Assembly: GCF_006345805.1 (NCBI RefSeq) | Contig: NC_042997.1 | Span: 101,432,001 to 101,496,000 of the forward strand | Source of the DNA: Octopus sinensis | Taxonomy: Eukaryota | DNA: 64,000 nt | Direction: 5' to 3' | Notes under the pieces: model-generated | Database searches by the model: none | What the model was told of the DNA's origin: nothing | What the model saw: only the letters and a program-made list of their open reading frames with translations | Shown here: positions 1-13,099 of the stretch, one piece after another | How positions within the stretch are numbered: position 1 is the stretch's first letter | Layout: every line of letters begins with the position of its first letter | Made by a program: the position numbers and the translations under genes

Positions 1-1268
1 TTTCTTTCTTTAGTAAATCCATGTACTTTCTGTAATAATGTTTCCAACTGCTTATCATTTGTAGCGCACAGTTTTAGATTATCCATATAGAAAAGATAGT
101 TGATTGCTTTGCCATAACAGTTATATCCACATCCAGTTCTGTTTAATATGTCAGATAAAGGCGTCAGTGCCAAGCAGAAAAGTAGAGGTGAGCGCATGTC
201 TCTCCGAAGAGAGCGAGTCTCTCCTCTTCTAATGGGAATGGCTTTGGTTTTTATGAATCTCTCTTTTGTCTGGAGCTGTCTGTCAATTTATTTATGTAAT
301 GTTTTATATATTTTATGATTATCGGTGCTACATTGTTCATGGCTCGTGTTCCTAGGATTCATGTGTGGAGAATACTATCAAAAGCCTTTCGGTAATCGAT
401 CCAGGCCATACTTAGACCTTTCTGCGACTGTCTTCAGTTATGGCTTTATTGGTCAGTTGCTGATCTTTACACTCATATGAGCCCTTGCAGCATCCCTTCT
501 GTTCATCTGGAAACAGGTTGTTTTCTTCAAATGTTTGTCCATTCTCTGCGATATTATTGCAGTAAAGGCATTGTAAATTGTAAGGAGACAAGTTATCGGT
601 CTGTAATTTTGTGGGTTTGCCGTTTCAGTGGATATGGGAATTAGGATAGTTTTCCCTTTGCAGAGCCATTTGGGCATCGTCTCTGACTCTGCTTGTATTG
701 CATTAAATTTTTCAGCCAGCTTTTTATATGTTCTTGTTAGGTATTTTAACCAGTAGTTAGGGATCTTGTCGTGCCCGGGTGTCTTCCAGTTGCTTAGTTT
801 TTGCAGTGCCTGGGTGACCTCTTCAGTTGTTATAGGGGTCCAGAGTAGTTCAGGTGGTGAGTTCGTTGTTTTGATAGATCTTTTCTGAGGTTGTTCTTTC
901 GCCAACCATATTTCTTTCCAAAATTCATCCACTTCTGTGGCTGTTGGCGCTGCATTGATGTCTATTTTATTTTTGCCAAGTTCTTGGTAGAATCTTTTGA
1001 GGTTGGAGTTGAACTGTTCGTTTTGTTCAAAGAAACGTTAGCATTTCTCATACCGGTGGATTCTTTATGCTTTGGTGAGGATATCTTGCTTTAGCTGTTC
1101 TCTTACCTCAGTATACCTTGTTCTGTAATTTTGTATTTACGTAGTATTTTTCTTCTTTTCTTGTTGCTTAGTAGTGTTGATTGTCTCCTAGTTTCATTAA
1201 GGATTGACAGATCCTTATTCTTATTTTCTATTTTTTCGGGATATTATTTATCCACATGGTTTTCTCGT
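1..1268 (-). mobile_element. R4/Dong-type non-LTR retrotransposon fragment (pre-RT and RT region, decayed; runs off window)
   Basis: ORF 453..932 has LSNWKTPGHDKIPNYWLK and NYRPITCLLTIY (RT domains 0-1). Minus strand near 60-110 reads INYLFYMDNLKLCATND (YMDD-like). 5'-truncated end abuts the (ATT/ATC)n array at 1270. Confidence 0.85.
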
Positions 1269-1269
1269 C

Positions 1270-1273
1270 ATCA

Positions 1274-1318
<45 letters not shown>

Positions 1319-1340
1319 TATTATTATTATTATTATTATT

Positions 1341-1372
<32 letters not shown>

Positions 1373-1385
1373 TATTATTATTATT
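1270..1385. repeat. (ATT)n/(ATC)n microsatellite between two co-oriented R4/Dong fragments
   Basis: Visible trinucleotide array. Confidence 0.95.
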
Positions 1386-2545
1386 TAACTCAGTACATTC
1401 ACTGGGGGGATGTAAAAAAGTGGACTAAGATAGATTCTTCATTCAGATTTCGAGAACTTTGCGGTTCAGAGTTCATGCGGTTCCAAATAACTCTATTTCC
1501 TCCTAGATGTTCTATCTTTGTTCCTATCTTTTTCAATCCAGTTTTGGGGTTTCGTATTGTTCCCCAGGCTCCAGCAACAACAACAACAGGTACAACCCTT
1601 ACCTTCTTCAATGGCCACAGTTTTTCTTTTTTCTTTCTTCCACTTCAAATAATCGCATTTGATCTTCTCTTTCTGATACTTTGTCATCATCAGAACATTA
1701 ATATCTATGATTAAACAGGGATTTTTTCTCTCTTTATCCACAGTCGATAAATCCGGTTTTCGATGTTCAATTTCATGATCACATTGGATCGCTACATCAG
1801 ATAGTATCGTCTCCATCTTATTTTCGATTACTCCTGCTAGGAATTGCCCAGACAATGTCTTTGCTCTGTCCAATCCACTACATCGGATAGTATCGTTCCC
1901 TTCTTATTTTCGATTGCTCTTGCTGAGAATTGCCCATACCACGTCTTTGCTCTGTCCAATCCATACTTGCCACACATTTTCCAATGAATAATTCTTGCGA
2001 CATTATCGTGTCTTCTTATCCATCCTTTGAGAGTCAGCTTGGTGCATGCACAATACGTCATAGTCTCACCTTTATCACAGCACAACCTGCAATTCTCAAC
2101 TTCTGCTGTATTGTCATTCCAGCATTTGGTATAAATTGTCCTAAGTGCATGCTCCTATGCAGCACAATAAACGCTTCTGTCTCGGACTTTAAGTTATTCC
2201 TCCGTAGCCGTGCAACTATCGATCGGCATTTGTAATCCTACTACCCTCTCTTGCAAACTGTCCATACATCTTTCCATCGTTTTTTCGTCTCCATTACTCT
2301 TTTTTTTTTCTTTTCTTCGTAATCATCTATCTTCATACAAGTATATGTCCTGACTGTACCAGATACTTTCTTCGAAGCCAGCAAGGGTTCCATGGGACTC
2401 TTGATATATCACCACCAAGCTAATTTCATCTGAGTATACTGAGTTTTCGCAGCTGTTCAACCCTTGCACACCTTTGTGCCTGGTTAGATACAGTCTGTCA
2501 ATATCGCTCTTTGGATTGAATACTACGTTCACTGTGAATAGTTTT
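1386..2545 (-). mobile_element. R4/Dong-type LINE 3' fragment (RT thumb, CCHC knuckle, restriction-like endonuclease)
   Basis: ORFs PKSDIDRLYLTRHKG, RRHDNVARIIHWKMCGKYGL, CDHEIEHRKPD..CLIIDI and VPVVVVAGAWGTI. Ends in a TAA tail. About 85-bp internal tandem duplication at ~1790-1960. Confidence 0.88.
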
Positions 2546-2564
2546 TCTCAATATTATTATCATT

Positions 2565-2830
2565 ATTATTATTCAGTAGTTTTATCTTTATAGCGTGGTT
2601 TCACTTTACTACAGAACGCAGCTCTGTGTGTCTTGGGTATGTGTTGTGATTTGTTGTGATGCTCTGATGGTTATTCTATTGAAAGTGATTTGCGTAGGAT
2701 GTGTAAAACACTTTCAATACAGTAACCATCAGAGCATCACAACAAATCACAGCACAAACACAAGGCACACAGAGCTGCGCTCGGTAGTAAAGTGAAAGCG
2801 CGCTATAAAAATAAAACTACTGAATAATAT
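2565..2830. mobile_element. Two head-to-head R4/Dong 3' ends forming a ~120-bp-arm inverted repeat
   Basis: The 2570-2690 arm is the imperfect reverse complement of 2710-2828. The arms encode a ..LRKxLSI(E/Q)* type C-terminus plus 3' UTR ending aaactactgaataat. Confidence 0.7.
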
Positions 2831-3035
2831 TAGCACACCGGGAAAATGCTTAGTGGCATTTTGTCCATCTTTATGTTCTGAGTTCAAATTCCGCCGAGGT
2901 CGAATTTACCATTCACCCTTTCGGGGTCGATGAAATAAGTACCAGTTGAACACTGGGGCCGATGTAATCGACTCATCCCTTCCTCCGAAGTTGTGGCAAA
3001 AATTTGAAACCATTATTATGATTATTACTATTATT
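2829..3035 (+). mobile_element. tRNA-headed SINE, family A
   Basis: Contains gagttcaaattccgccgaggtcga..cctttcggggtcgatgaaataagtaccagttgaacactgggg, which recurs many times in the window. Confidence 0.85.
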
Positions 3036-4075
3036 TATTCTCTTTGCACAGCTTCTAACGCTGAAGATGCACTACGGTGCAAGCTGTTTACTACCAGTGA
3101 ATTAAGGCAACACCCCTTAGTTTTCGAGCACCATCCGGAGTATTCGAGCGGTTCCAAGCAGTGCTGTTTTCTGCAAATGCTCCACCCTTATTGCAGCTCC
3201 TATTTGTTACATGTACGTCTCAAGATTTTTATTCACTGTTCCCAGGGCACCGACAATTAGTGGAACTACTACCACCTTTTACAGCAACCACAACTACATA
3301 ACCTCCCACACTTACCTGTCATACCTACCGACTTTTCTTTCTTCCTTATCGCATACTTTGTCAGCTGGGTATGCTATATCTATGACCCAGCATCGTTTGC
3401 TTTCTTTTTCGATTAACACTATGTCTGGTTCCCTATTCTCTATCTCACGGTCGCACTGAAAGATAAAATCCCATAGGATCTTTGCATTATCATTTTCGGT
3501 GGTGCCTTCGGGTTTATGTTCGTACCACTTTTTTGCTCTGTCAAGTCCATACTTGTTGCAAAGTGTCCAATGGACAATCCTTGCTATATTGTCATGACGT
3601 CTCTTATATTCTTTGTGGGCTAGTGGCGTACATTGATTGGTAATATGCCATACGGTTTCACCATTTTGTCCACAGATTCTGCACTTATCACTTTCTGATG
3701 TGTTGTCTATTCTGTATTTTATGTAGTTTGTTGTTAGTGCTTGCTCTTGGGCAGCACAGATTAGAGCCTCCGTTTCCGGTTTTAAACCCCTTTTAGCCAT
3801 CTTTTTTCTCTGTCTGCCTTATCTTCAACATCCCTATGAAACTGTCCATACATTCTTTTCTTTATCCATCTATTTTCTGTTTCATTCATTCTCAAGTCCT
3901 TGTACAGTGCTTTGTCTTTGCAATCTTCCATCCTACACAAGCCTAACGTTCTTACTTCCAATAATGGTGGTTCTGTGGCATTTTTTACATACCATGCTAT
4001 GTTGTTTTCTTCTGCTCTAATGCCGTGTTCGCATCCAATCAGTCCTCTCCCCTCATTTTCTTATTATTATTATCC
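3035..4075 (-). mobile_element. R4/Dong-type LINE 3' fragment (CCHC + RLE)
   Basis: ORF 3312..3800: GLKPETEALICAAQEQAL, CRICGQNGETVWHITNQC, RRHDNIARIVHW, WDFIFQCDREIENREPDIVLI, IDIA. Flanked by ATT-rich arrays on both sides. Confidence 0.92.
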
Positions 4076-4089
4076 AATCAGTCCTATTA

Positions 4090-4180
<91 letters not shown>

Positions 4181-4850
4181 GTGGTGTGCTGGCAGAATTG
4201 TTAGCACGCTGGGTGAAATGTTTCGCAGCATTTCATCCGTTTATATGTTCTGAGTTCAAATTCTGCCGAGGTCGACTTTATCTTTCATCCTTTTAGGGTT
4301 GATCAATTAAGTACCAGTGAAATACTGGGTTCGGTGTAATCTACTTAACCTCCGCCCGCCAAATTTCAAGCCTTGTGCCTTTAGCAGCAAGGGTTGTTAT
4401 CATTATTATTACGGTTGCGAGCTTGCGGAGTCGTTAGAATGCCAAACAAAGTGCTTTACAGCATCTCGTTCGTCTTTACGTTCTGAACTCAAATTCCGCC
4501 GAGGCCATCTGTGCCTTTCGTCCTTTTGGGGTCGATAAAATAAGTACCGGTGAAACACTGAGGTCGATGTAATCGACTATTCCCACTCCTCAAAAATATC
4601 AGGCCATGAGCCTGTTGTAGAAAGGACAGAATCGTGAGAACGCCGGAAAAAATTGTTTTTGCAGTATTGCTGCTGGCTCACTGAGTACTGATTTCTAATC
4701 TGACCGCGGTCAACTTTGCTTTTTATCTTTCCGGAGTCGATAAAATAAGTAAATAACAGTCTAGTATAAAAGTCAAAGGATATAGATTAACTCTTCCCTT
4801 CAAAATTATTGGCCTTCTGAATATATCTGAAATAAGTTATTATCATCATT
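4181..4850 (+). mobile_element. Three tandem SINE family A copies
   Basis: Three diverged repeats of the ggcagaat..ttagcacg..gggtcgataaaataagtac motif starting near 4181, 4413 and 4628. Confidence 0.8.
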
Positions 4851-5565
4851 ATCATTATTGTTTTCATACTTTAAAATAGGTGATGGTGAACATTTTTTTA
4901 GGACGGTGTATCAAAATTTTAATCTCTATAATGAGCCTGTTATTGTAGTGCCTTTGTCTTAGTTAAATGCTTTTAGATAAGCTTTTTATAGCATAATATC
5001 ACAGTGAGATTTTCCTTTTAATGTCCATTACGTGTCATTTAAAAGCCTACAGCGTATCACTGCTGTCACGCATAGCAAAGCTGTCTGGTCACTACTTAAA
5101 TATACAGTATCCAAATTTCGATTATAAATTTCGATTTCTTTCTAGCAAACGCGTAATTTCTTCATTTCAGGAAATCAGTCCTTGGGTACACTTCTTCAAA
5201 TGGCGAACAATTTACACTTTCCTATGCAATTCTTATGTTTGAATTAACCATATATTTTCAGTAAACTTCAACACTTCCCCCTTCAGTTTCATTAATGTGT
5301 TTCATCATTTTCAAAGCAGACCTTCATAAATAATAATTTTCACTTTTCTATGAAAGTTTTTCAATATTTAGCCAATCCTTTTCAAGAAGGTTCCCTCAGT
5401 TCAGGGGCTGTAACTTTAACGAAGGAAATAGTTGACATGAATTAATAAAGGCTTGAATGAAAATTACTGTTTAATGAAATTATTGCTTTTAGCGAAATAA
5501 ATATTAAATGAATTTGATTAATGAATTGCTACCTAGAAAGATAATGCTTTACCCAGACGGTTGTG

Positions 5566-5689
5566 GAAAGGAGAGCAAGACGGCAGTAGGAGAAAGGAAA
5601 GCAAGATGGCGGTAGGGGAAAGGAGAGCATGATGGTGGTAGAGGAAAGGAGAGCAAGATGGTGGTAGGGGAAAGGAGAGCAAACTGGCG
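5566..5689. repeat. 26-bp minisatellite, ~4.8 copies
   Basis: Unit gaaaggagagcaagatggtggtaggg repeated with variants. Confidence 0.85.
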
Positions 5690-7394
5690 GTTAGTTTAGT
5701 ATAGTGGTAGTGATGGTAGCATAGTGGTAGTGGTGGTAGAAGTAGTTATTACTGTACTGGTGAAGTTAATGATGGAGATAGTTGTGGTAGAGATTATGGT
5801 GATAATTAATGTGGTATTGGTGGTCGATGAACAAACGAGGAAAAACTATAATCATGCTATGGTGGTAACATGAAGATGGTGTTGGCAGGTTTTCAAACCT
5901 TGAGACAATGCAGTCCCTGACCATAAAGCCAACTCCCTCAGAATAGAGTCTTTTAATCTCTGGCTTACAGGACCAGTAAACGCCATGTTCTTGAATGCTG
6001 CCTTGCTCTTTATATTGAACGTCACTAAGAGCAGTAATGTCAACCAGAACGAACAGTCGTTCCAGACTATCATTGTCTGCTGCATGAATATTGTCCCGGT
6101 TCTTCAGCTTGCAAATTTTAGTTTCTGTACAGCTTGTGAGACTATATGCCTTTTATTTGAATTTGCTCGACTGAACTTCACGATGAATGTTGGGTGCGGC
6201 TAGCCAGCTGGACGGAAAGATGAGAATGAGCTTTAGTTAGTACATCTTTTCTAAGGTTCTCAATATGGAGCAAATAGTGTTGTTCATTGAGAAGGCTACT
6301 TCATTGTTTAGGAAGCTGCCGAATGATGTCATAGTCTCTAGCGTCAACGTCACATGAATCATATATCCGAACCGACTGCATTCACTATCAGATATGCGCT
6401 TCCCCTTAACATCTCCCACCTACTATTTCTGCCTCTTTCTTATTGCTTCAAGGCTTGATTAATGGTCGATGGGGATGGTCGAAGATGTGGTGGGGATGAC
6501 CTTCGACTTGCGCAATTGAAACTTTTAGGTAGATTGTTGTGGGCACACCATTGACTGTAAACACTGCACACAAGATCCATCTGCCATGACTAAGCTGTTG
6601 CTGTATTAGTGGGTTTGTCAGGTCGCATGTTTAACGTCGGAGAGTCTTTGACCAATGAGTCCGAACGGTGAAGATTTTGCCAACTTCGGTCTCGTCATGT
6701 CATAGAAAACAACGTAATCGGGGTCAGTGATATAAAAGTATCACTACGAAGACAGGAATGTAGAAGAGACCGTTTCTTGTCACTTCTCTTCGAAAGTCAT
6801 ACAATGGCCACTCAGAGTTCACTACATCAGAAAAGAATGTATTGCACGCAGACTTAAAATATATACAGTGTATAAACACTGCATATATTTTAATAGCTCA
6901 TAATAGAGCCTGAGCACTGCGTGAAAGCACCAAACGTGTGGTAAAATGCTGTCTGTGTTGTTTTTCATCGCATGAAAATCTTAATAACTCATAAGAATAT
7001 ACACTATGTTTGGAAATTTTACCGATGAGTGTTAAATTATAAGGCACTAAAAGAGAATGACTCTCTCCAGACACAACAGCATATATATATGTAATATCAA
7101 TCGCATATACATATATATACATATATACATATATATCAATCTAAATACACAACCGAAAGGGCTGATAATAGTTTCTTGCAATTATGATACTTGAACAGGC
7201 ATGTATCTTAAATATTGCTTTAAGATACATGACGTATTTTATAAATATGCCTGCTCAAGTATCATAATAGCATGAAACTATTAATAACTCTTTTAGTCTT
7301 GTATTTAAATTGATATTTATATCTCACTGGATGAAGTACTTTTATGTTGATTCTATCTCTGTTGGATCTTTAAACTATATCTATGTTTATCTAC

Positions 7395-7554
<160 letters not shown>

Positions 7555-8472
7555 GTGAAAAATTAGCAAATGCATACTAGATAGAATTATACCTCAAATC
7601 AGAAACAAAGTTAAGCTCCCTCTATAGAGCTCGTTTGGGGATGTAATTACATGGTTTAACTCCATAGTAGATAAAGAACATACCCAGTTCATACAATTTA
7701 ACATCAACTATTATGCATCCATCTCACCTATCCTTCTAAATAAAGCATTAATATTTGCCCGCAATTTCGTCAACATTTCTAGGTCAGACATAGATATATT
7801 AGCTACAAGGAAGACTTTAATAAACTTTAATGGACATAATTGGTTTAGATCTGATTTCAATGGATTGTTTTGACATAACCATGGGATCACTAGACTCGGC
7901 TCAGATAACTGATTTAGTAGGCCTATATATCTTGTTCCAAATAATGAATAGTTTCCCTAATTTACCGGGTGGCTTATATATAGATGACGTGTTCTTTGCT
8001 ACTAACGGTTTATCCAAACCGAGAATAGACAGGATTAAGAAATCATTAAGAAGATACCTCCTAGAATTCTTTAACCTTAATATAGTATATGATATGAACA
8101 CCAAAGTTATGAATTTTCTAGATGTCACTTTAGATCTTAATACTAAACTTTATTATCGATATAAAAAGCCCAATCAGGTAATACAATATATTAATGTTTC
8201 CTCAAATCATTCTAAAACTGCCAGTAACAGTTTAGTCACAGCTGTATCGATAAGGATCTCCAATCTTATGACTAATGAGGATATATAGTGTGCATGCACC
8301 CGTTTATAAGCAAGCCTTAAAATTAAGTGGCTTTAGCAATCAAATTTACTATATACCCGATTCTAAACTTAAAACAAAGCTATCTAATAATAGTAACTCT
8401 GATTCGAACTTAACTAATACGCCACTGAAAAATGCAAGTATAATTAAGCCTTCAGGTAATTATAATTATATT

Positions 8473-9898
8473 AAAGTAGCAGTATCGCCCGGCGTTGCTC
8501 GGGTTTGCTAGGGAAATAACTATAAAGCATTTTTAGAGAGTTATAGCCAAAAAATAGCAAAAAAATGCATTAAAAATGGAAAAAAAATTATAGTAAATTT
8601 TTTTTTAATCGTTGACTCATCGTAGACATTTTTAGAGAGTTACTTCCCTTATATAATAGCAAAAAAAATGCATTAAAATGGAAAAGAATTATGGTAAATT
8701 ATTTTTAAAATCGTAGACTCATCGTAGATGCGCGCTAATACCCAGAAGAGCTCGATATGAATCACGACTATAAGATACCCGCTTTTGGTTAAACTGCACC
8801 GCAAAAAATGGGAGTAGTTAGGAATCTAAATCGTAGGAGACAGGCACACAACTTCACTTTTATATATAAAGATTTGTGCAACAACTAAAACATTCGGTTG
8901 TGCAAATTGTTTGCACAGGAAACCTGCCCTGTGTGGCGGTTTTTGCCGTTTTTGTGGATCTGTTTCAGCTTTTTTAGCGATTTCTGTTTTGGCGACTTCA
9001 AGCCATGAAGTCGTTGTTCTAAAAGAACGCTGGTCTCCTTGACAACGCTTTACGACGTTGATTTCCTTACACTCCCTTCCCCACAGCTTCACGAGGGAGG
9101 GAAGAAGGGGGAGAAGCAACACAGGTGCAGGTGTGAGCATGGACGCCAACTCCGCCGCCATCAACACACGAAAAAATATGCGTTAAAATGGAAAAAAATT
9201 ATGGTAAATTATTTAAAATCGTAGACTCATCGTAGACGCGCGCTAATACCCAGACGGGCTCGATATGAATCACGACTATAAGGTACCCGAATTTGGTTAA
9301 ACTGCACCGCAAAATGTGGGAGTAGTTAGGAATCTAAATCGTAGGAGACAGACACTCACACAACTTCACTTTTATATATAAAGATTGTGCAACAACTAAA
9401 ACATTCGGTTGTGCAAATTGTTTGCACAGGAAACCTGCCCTGTGTGGCGGTTTTTGCCGTTTTTGTGGATCTGTTTCAGCTTTTTTAGCGATTTCTGTTT
9501 TGGCGACTTCAAGCCATGAAGTCGTTGTTCTAAAAGAACGCTGGTCTCCTTGACAACGCTTTACGACGTTGATTTCCTTACACTCCCTTCCCCACAGCTT
9601 CACGAGGGAGGGAAGAAGGGGGAGAAGCAACACAGGTGCAGGTGTGAGCATGGACGCCAACTCCGCCGCCATCAACACACGAAAAAATATGCGTTAAAAT
9701 GGAAAAAAATTATGGTAAATTATTTTTAAAATCGTAGACTCATCGTAGACGCGCGCTAATACCCAGACGGGCTCGATATGAATCACGACTATAAGGTACC
9801 CGAATTTGGTTAAACTGCACCGCAAAATGTGGGAGTAGTTAGGAATCTAAATCGTAGGAGACAGACACTCACACAACTTCACTTTTATATATATATAT
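8473..9898 (+). mobile_element. Helentron/HINE-like non-autonomous element with an internal ~510-bp tandem array
   Basis: 5' end tagcagtatcgcccggcgttgctcggg forms a hairpin and the 3' end is cacaacttcacttttatatata. No TSD seen. Removing it rejoins the PLE frame (NYI|NKIGPS). Family assignment is inferred from the termini. Confidence 0.6.
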
Positions 9899-10464
9899 AA
9901 TAAAATAGGCCCCAGCAATAAGAATAAATACTCTACTCAAGAACATGATATATCTAAACAGTATAAATCTAGGAAGCGCGAGGTAATTTGGTTTGCCACT
10001 CCATTTAGCTAAAAATCTACCTAAACTATTTTTTCAAAATCCTAAAACATAATTTTCTAAAACATCATAAATACCATCCAATATGCAATAAATCTTCTAT
10101 AAAATTTTCTTATTCCACAATGCCAAATTTGGGATCAATTATAGCATCCATAAATAAGAACAAAATCAAATATCCAACTTCCACAACCGTTAACACTGAT
10201 AGGAAACCTAGTATAAATAATATAAGTATATACGGAACACCTAATTCATATAATTCAACATCAAATAAAAGTAACTCCAATACGTTGGTTGCCTGGAATA
10301 ATGGAAACCCGCCCCAAAAAATATAGATAATAGCAAAAATAAATTAGGGAAAACATGTAACTGTAGAAAAATTGATTTATGCCCGCTTGAAAGATTTTGC
10401 CTTCGTAAAAATGTAGTATACAAATATGTACAGTAGTGTCAGATAAATATCAGGCTAGAACATA

Positions 10465-11746
10465 TAGGGGTTGGACAAAATAATGGAAATACCTTAAAAT
10501 TTCAAACAAATTTATTTCAATATGAGGTAGTACCGCCTTTGGCAGTAATTACTGCTTGAATTCTACGAGGTATGGACTCGTACAAAGTTTTAATTATTTC
10601 CAACGGAATTTTTGTCCATTCTTCAGCTAAAACAGTCTCCAGTTCTTGTAGTGATGTTGGTGGAGGATATCGACTCCTTAGTTGTTTTTCTAAAATGCAC
10701 CATAAATGTTCAATAATATTAAGATCTGTAGGCTGTGGTGGCCAGATAAGATGTTCAACTTCACTAGAATATTCCTCGTGCCGTTCAGTAACAACTTTAG
10801 CTGTGTAAATTGGTGCATTATCATCCTGAAAAGTTGCGTTTCCCTACAGAAATAGTTTCGCAACCATACGATGAATTTGATTAGAGAAAATGCTTAAATA
10901 GTCTTGACTAATTAATTCTGCAATGAAGGGAAACCATTGGGCCGGCGGATTTCCAAGATATAGCCCCCCCCCCCCCACCAGATCATCACAGATCCTCCTC
11001 CATGTTTAACTGTTCGAAGAACGTAGTCTGGATCAAATGCTTCTTTTGCATGTATCCACACGTATATCGGCCGGTGATCGGAAATAAGGTAACGGATGAC
11101 TCGTTCGAGAAAATAACATTCTTCCAATGCTCTAGGGACCAATTCTGTAGGTTTTTACTCCACTCTAAACGCTTTGCAACGTTTTTGAAAGTAGTGGTTT
11201 ACTGATTGCAGTCCTCCCGTGAAATCCGGCTTTGTGCAGTTCCCGGCGAACGGTTTTTGTGGAAACTGGGTTCTCGAGTTGGTCATTAAGCTCTGCAGTA
11301 ATTTTGGGAGCTGTACTTTTGTGATCCTTTCTAACAGTTCGCGTAAGAGTCTGACTGTCCCTATCTGAAAGTTTTGGTTTCCTTCCGGAGTTTTATTTCG
11401 ACGAGAAGGTTTTTTCCGTCTTTCTCAAAGGCTGTCATTACTTTCGAGACAGTACTTCTTGATACACCAAACATTTCGGCTGTTTTTGTTATGCTAGCGC
11501 CTGCCATACGAGAACCAACAATTTGACCTCTTTGAAAATCCGATAGATCTATCATTTTAATGAATTTTAATTACCTTTTTCTGATGATATCTGAAAAGAA
11601 ACAGCTTTTTTAGCAAAACATATTAAACAACACTAATAATAAATAAATAAAAACATATAAATAAACAAGCTTTTGACGGTTTTATAGATATTTCAAAAGT
11701 ATGATGCTATAATGCTAGGTGCTTCCATTATTTTGTCCAACCCCTG
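10465..11746 (-). mobile_element. Tc1-like DNA transposon, TIR-to-TIR, frameshifted transposase
   Basis: TIRs (t/c)aggggttggacaaaataatggaa with TA on both flanks (10463-64, 11747-48). ORFs MIDLSDFQRGQIVGSRMAGASITKTAEMFGVSRSTVSKVM and TVKHGGGSVMIW; minus strand also reads FQDDNAPIYTAK. Confidence 0.95.
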
Positions 11747-12354
11747 TATTTAGGTAGTACTGTTGAATTCAGAAAAAGATATAGAACGCATTTAAATTCA
11801 TTTACGAACATTAAATATAAAAATTCTATTACTTTAGCCTCATATATATATATATATACATAATTTAAGGAATAACAACATTAATTATAAAATTTCTTAG
11901 TCTATAATAGCAAACTTCCTCCATAATAATGCTATAACAAATACAATTTATGCATTAGAGAATCGTACATTATTCTTAAATTATGCAATTCGGGCACATT
12001 AAATAAATTCTCTGATACTATTCACTCATATACTCATAAATTTCACTCATATTTCGAGATATAAGGAATGAAGCATTTGGCTGCCCTGCTTCTTCCTCTA
12101 TTAGTAATTAAGTATTCCCAGAATTGATTGGAAAATCGACCTTTCATTTTTTATTCTGCCATCATCCTTCAGTTGCCATTTTTTACACAATTTAATTCTT
12201 CCGTCATCCTTCACTATAGGTTTCCTTCGTACGGTAAGTATGAATCATCATAAAAGTGATTGCTATCTGATGGAGTAGCTGATGACTAACGTAATGTAAC
12301 CAAAAATTTCCTTTCTCTTATATGCCTTCAAACTTGATTAATTATCTATTTACT

Positions 12355-12440
12355 TATTCCTGATGAAGGAGACATATCAGTGTGAATCTAAAGGATTCAG
12401 ACCTGCAGACCAATGGACTCTAGAAACAGCTGTCGAATTG
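12355..12440 (+). ncRNA. Degenerate type I hammerhead ribozyme in the PLE 3' pseudo-LTR
   Basis: CTGATGA 12360-66, GAAAC 12423-27, palindromic AGCT, GTC 12432-34. Stem II closure is imperfect. Confidence 0.5.
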
Positions 12441-12814
12441 CCTCGTATTGACGTTATAACCCTCTAAAAAAAACATTTCTTACACTTCGGAACTCTTCTA
12501 AACTTTAAAATCCATAATTCGGATTTCCCACTATTGCCGATATATTTTATAACTTTTAATCCTTATTCCAACGTCTTTCAACCTTAAATTTAAATTCAAT
12601 ATGATTTTTAATCGATATATCAACCTTTATTTATTTACCCTTTCATGTACGTTTTTATCTCATATAACTCTTATTTCTTTATAAATAATACATAAATAAG
12701 TTACTTGTCATGTAATTTTCTATTATATCTGTGTATGTATCTATGTATTTATTATGTTGATATAAATCATAAATATAAATGATTATCTAAATTTTTGTCT
12801 CTTCTTATACCAAG

Positions 12815-12819
12815 TTATA

Positions 12820-12855
<36 letters not shown>

Positions 12856-12921
12856 TGTATGTATGTATGTATGTATGTATGTATGTATGTATATATGTAT
12901 GTAAGTATGTATGTATGTATG

Positions 12922-12955
<34 letters not shown>

Positions 12956-13005
12956 TGTATGTATGATGTATGTATGTATGTATGTATGTATGTATGTACT
13001 TTATA
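12815..13005. repeat. (TATG)n microsatellite
   Basis: Directly visible. Confidence 0.95.
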
Positions 13006-13099
13006 TATATATTAATATATAGTGCCCAATACCGTCATTAGTTGACGGTATTGGGTATTAAAGAGAGTGACTTAACCACTTCTGCTGTGCCTGGGGTGT

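Larger units (their letters stand above)
7560..12700 (+). mobile_element. Penelope-like element (RT + GIY-YIG), decayed, carrying two nested insertions
   Basis: RT motifs FDITMGSLDSAQITDLVGLYIL, GLYIDD, MNFLDVTLDL and YINVSSNHS. RKREVIWFATPFS at ~9970. TCNCRK..CPL..C linker at ~10350. YLGSTVEFRKRYRTHLNSF is restored across the Tc1 site. Confidence 0.88.

Noticed and set aside
3058-3090. CTGAAGA followed by tgcac-tacg-gtgca hairpin as an HHR
   Set aside because: GAAA is missing, and the hairpin lies in the 3' UTR of the minus-strand Dong, which explains it more simply.
5850-6900. Old LINE endonuclease-like region
   Set aside because: Only vague protein-like fragments and no diagnostic motif that I could verify.
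8826-9678. Twin 113/114-aa ORFs
   Set aside because: They lie within the tandem blocks of the Helentron-like element, have no recognisable motif, and are identical only because of the duplication.
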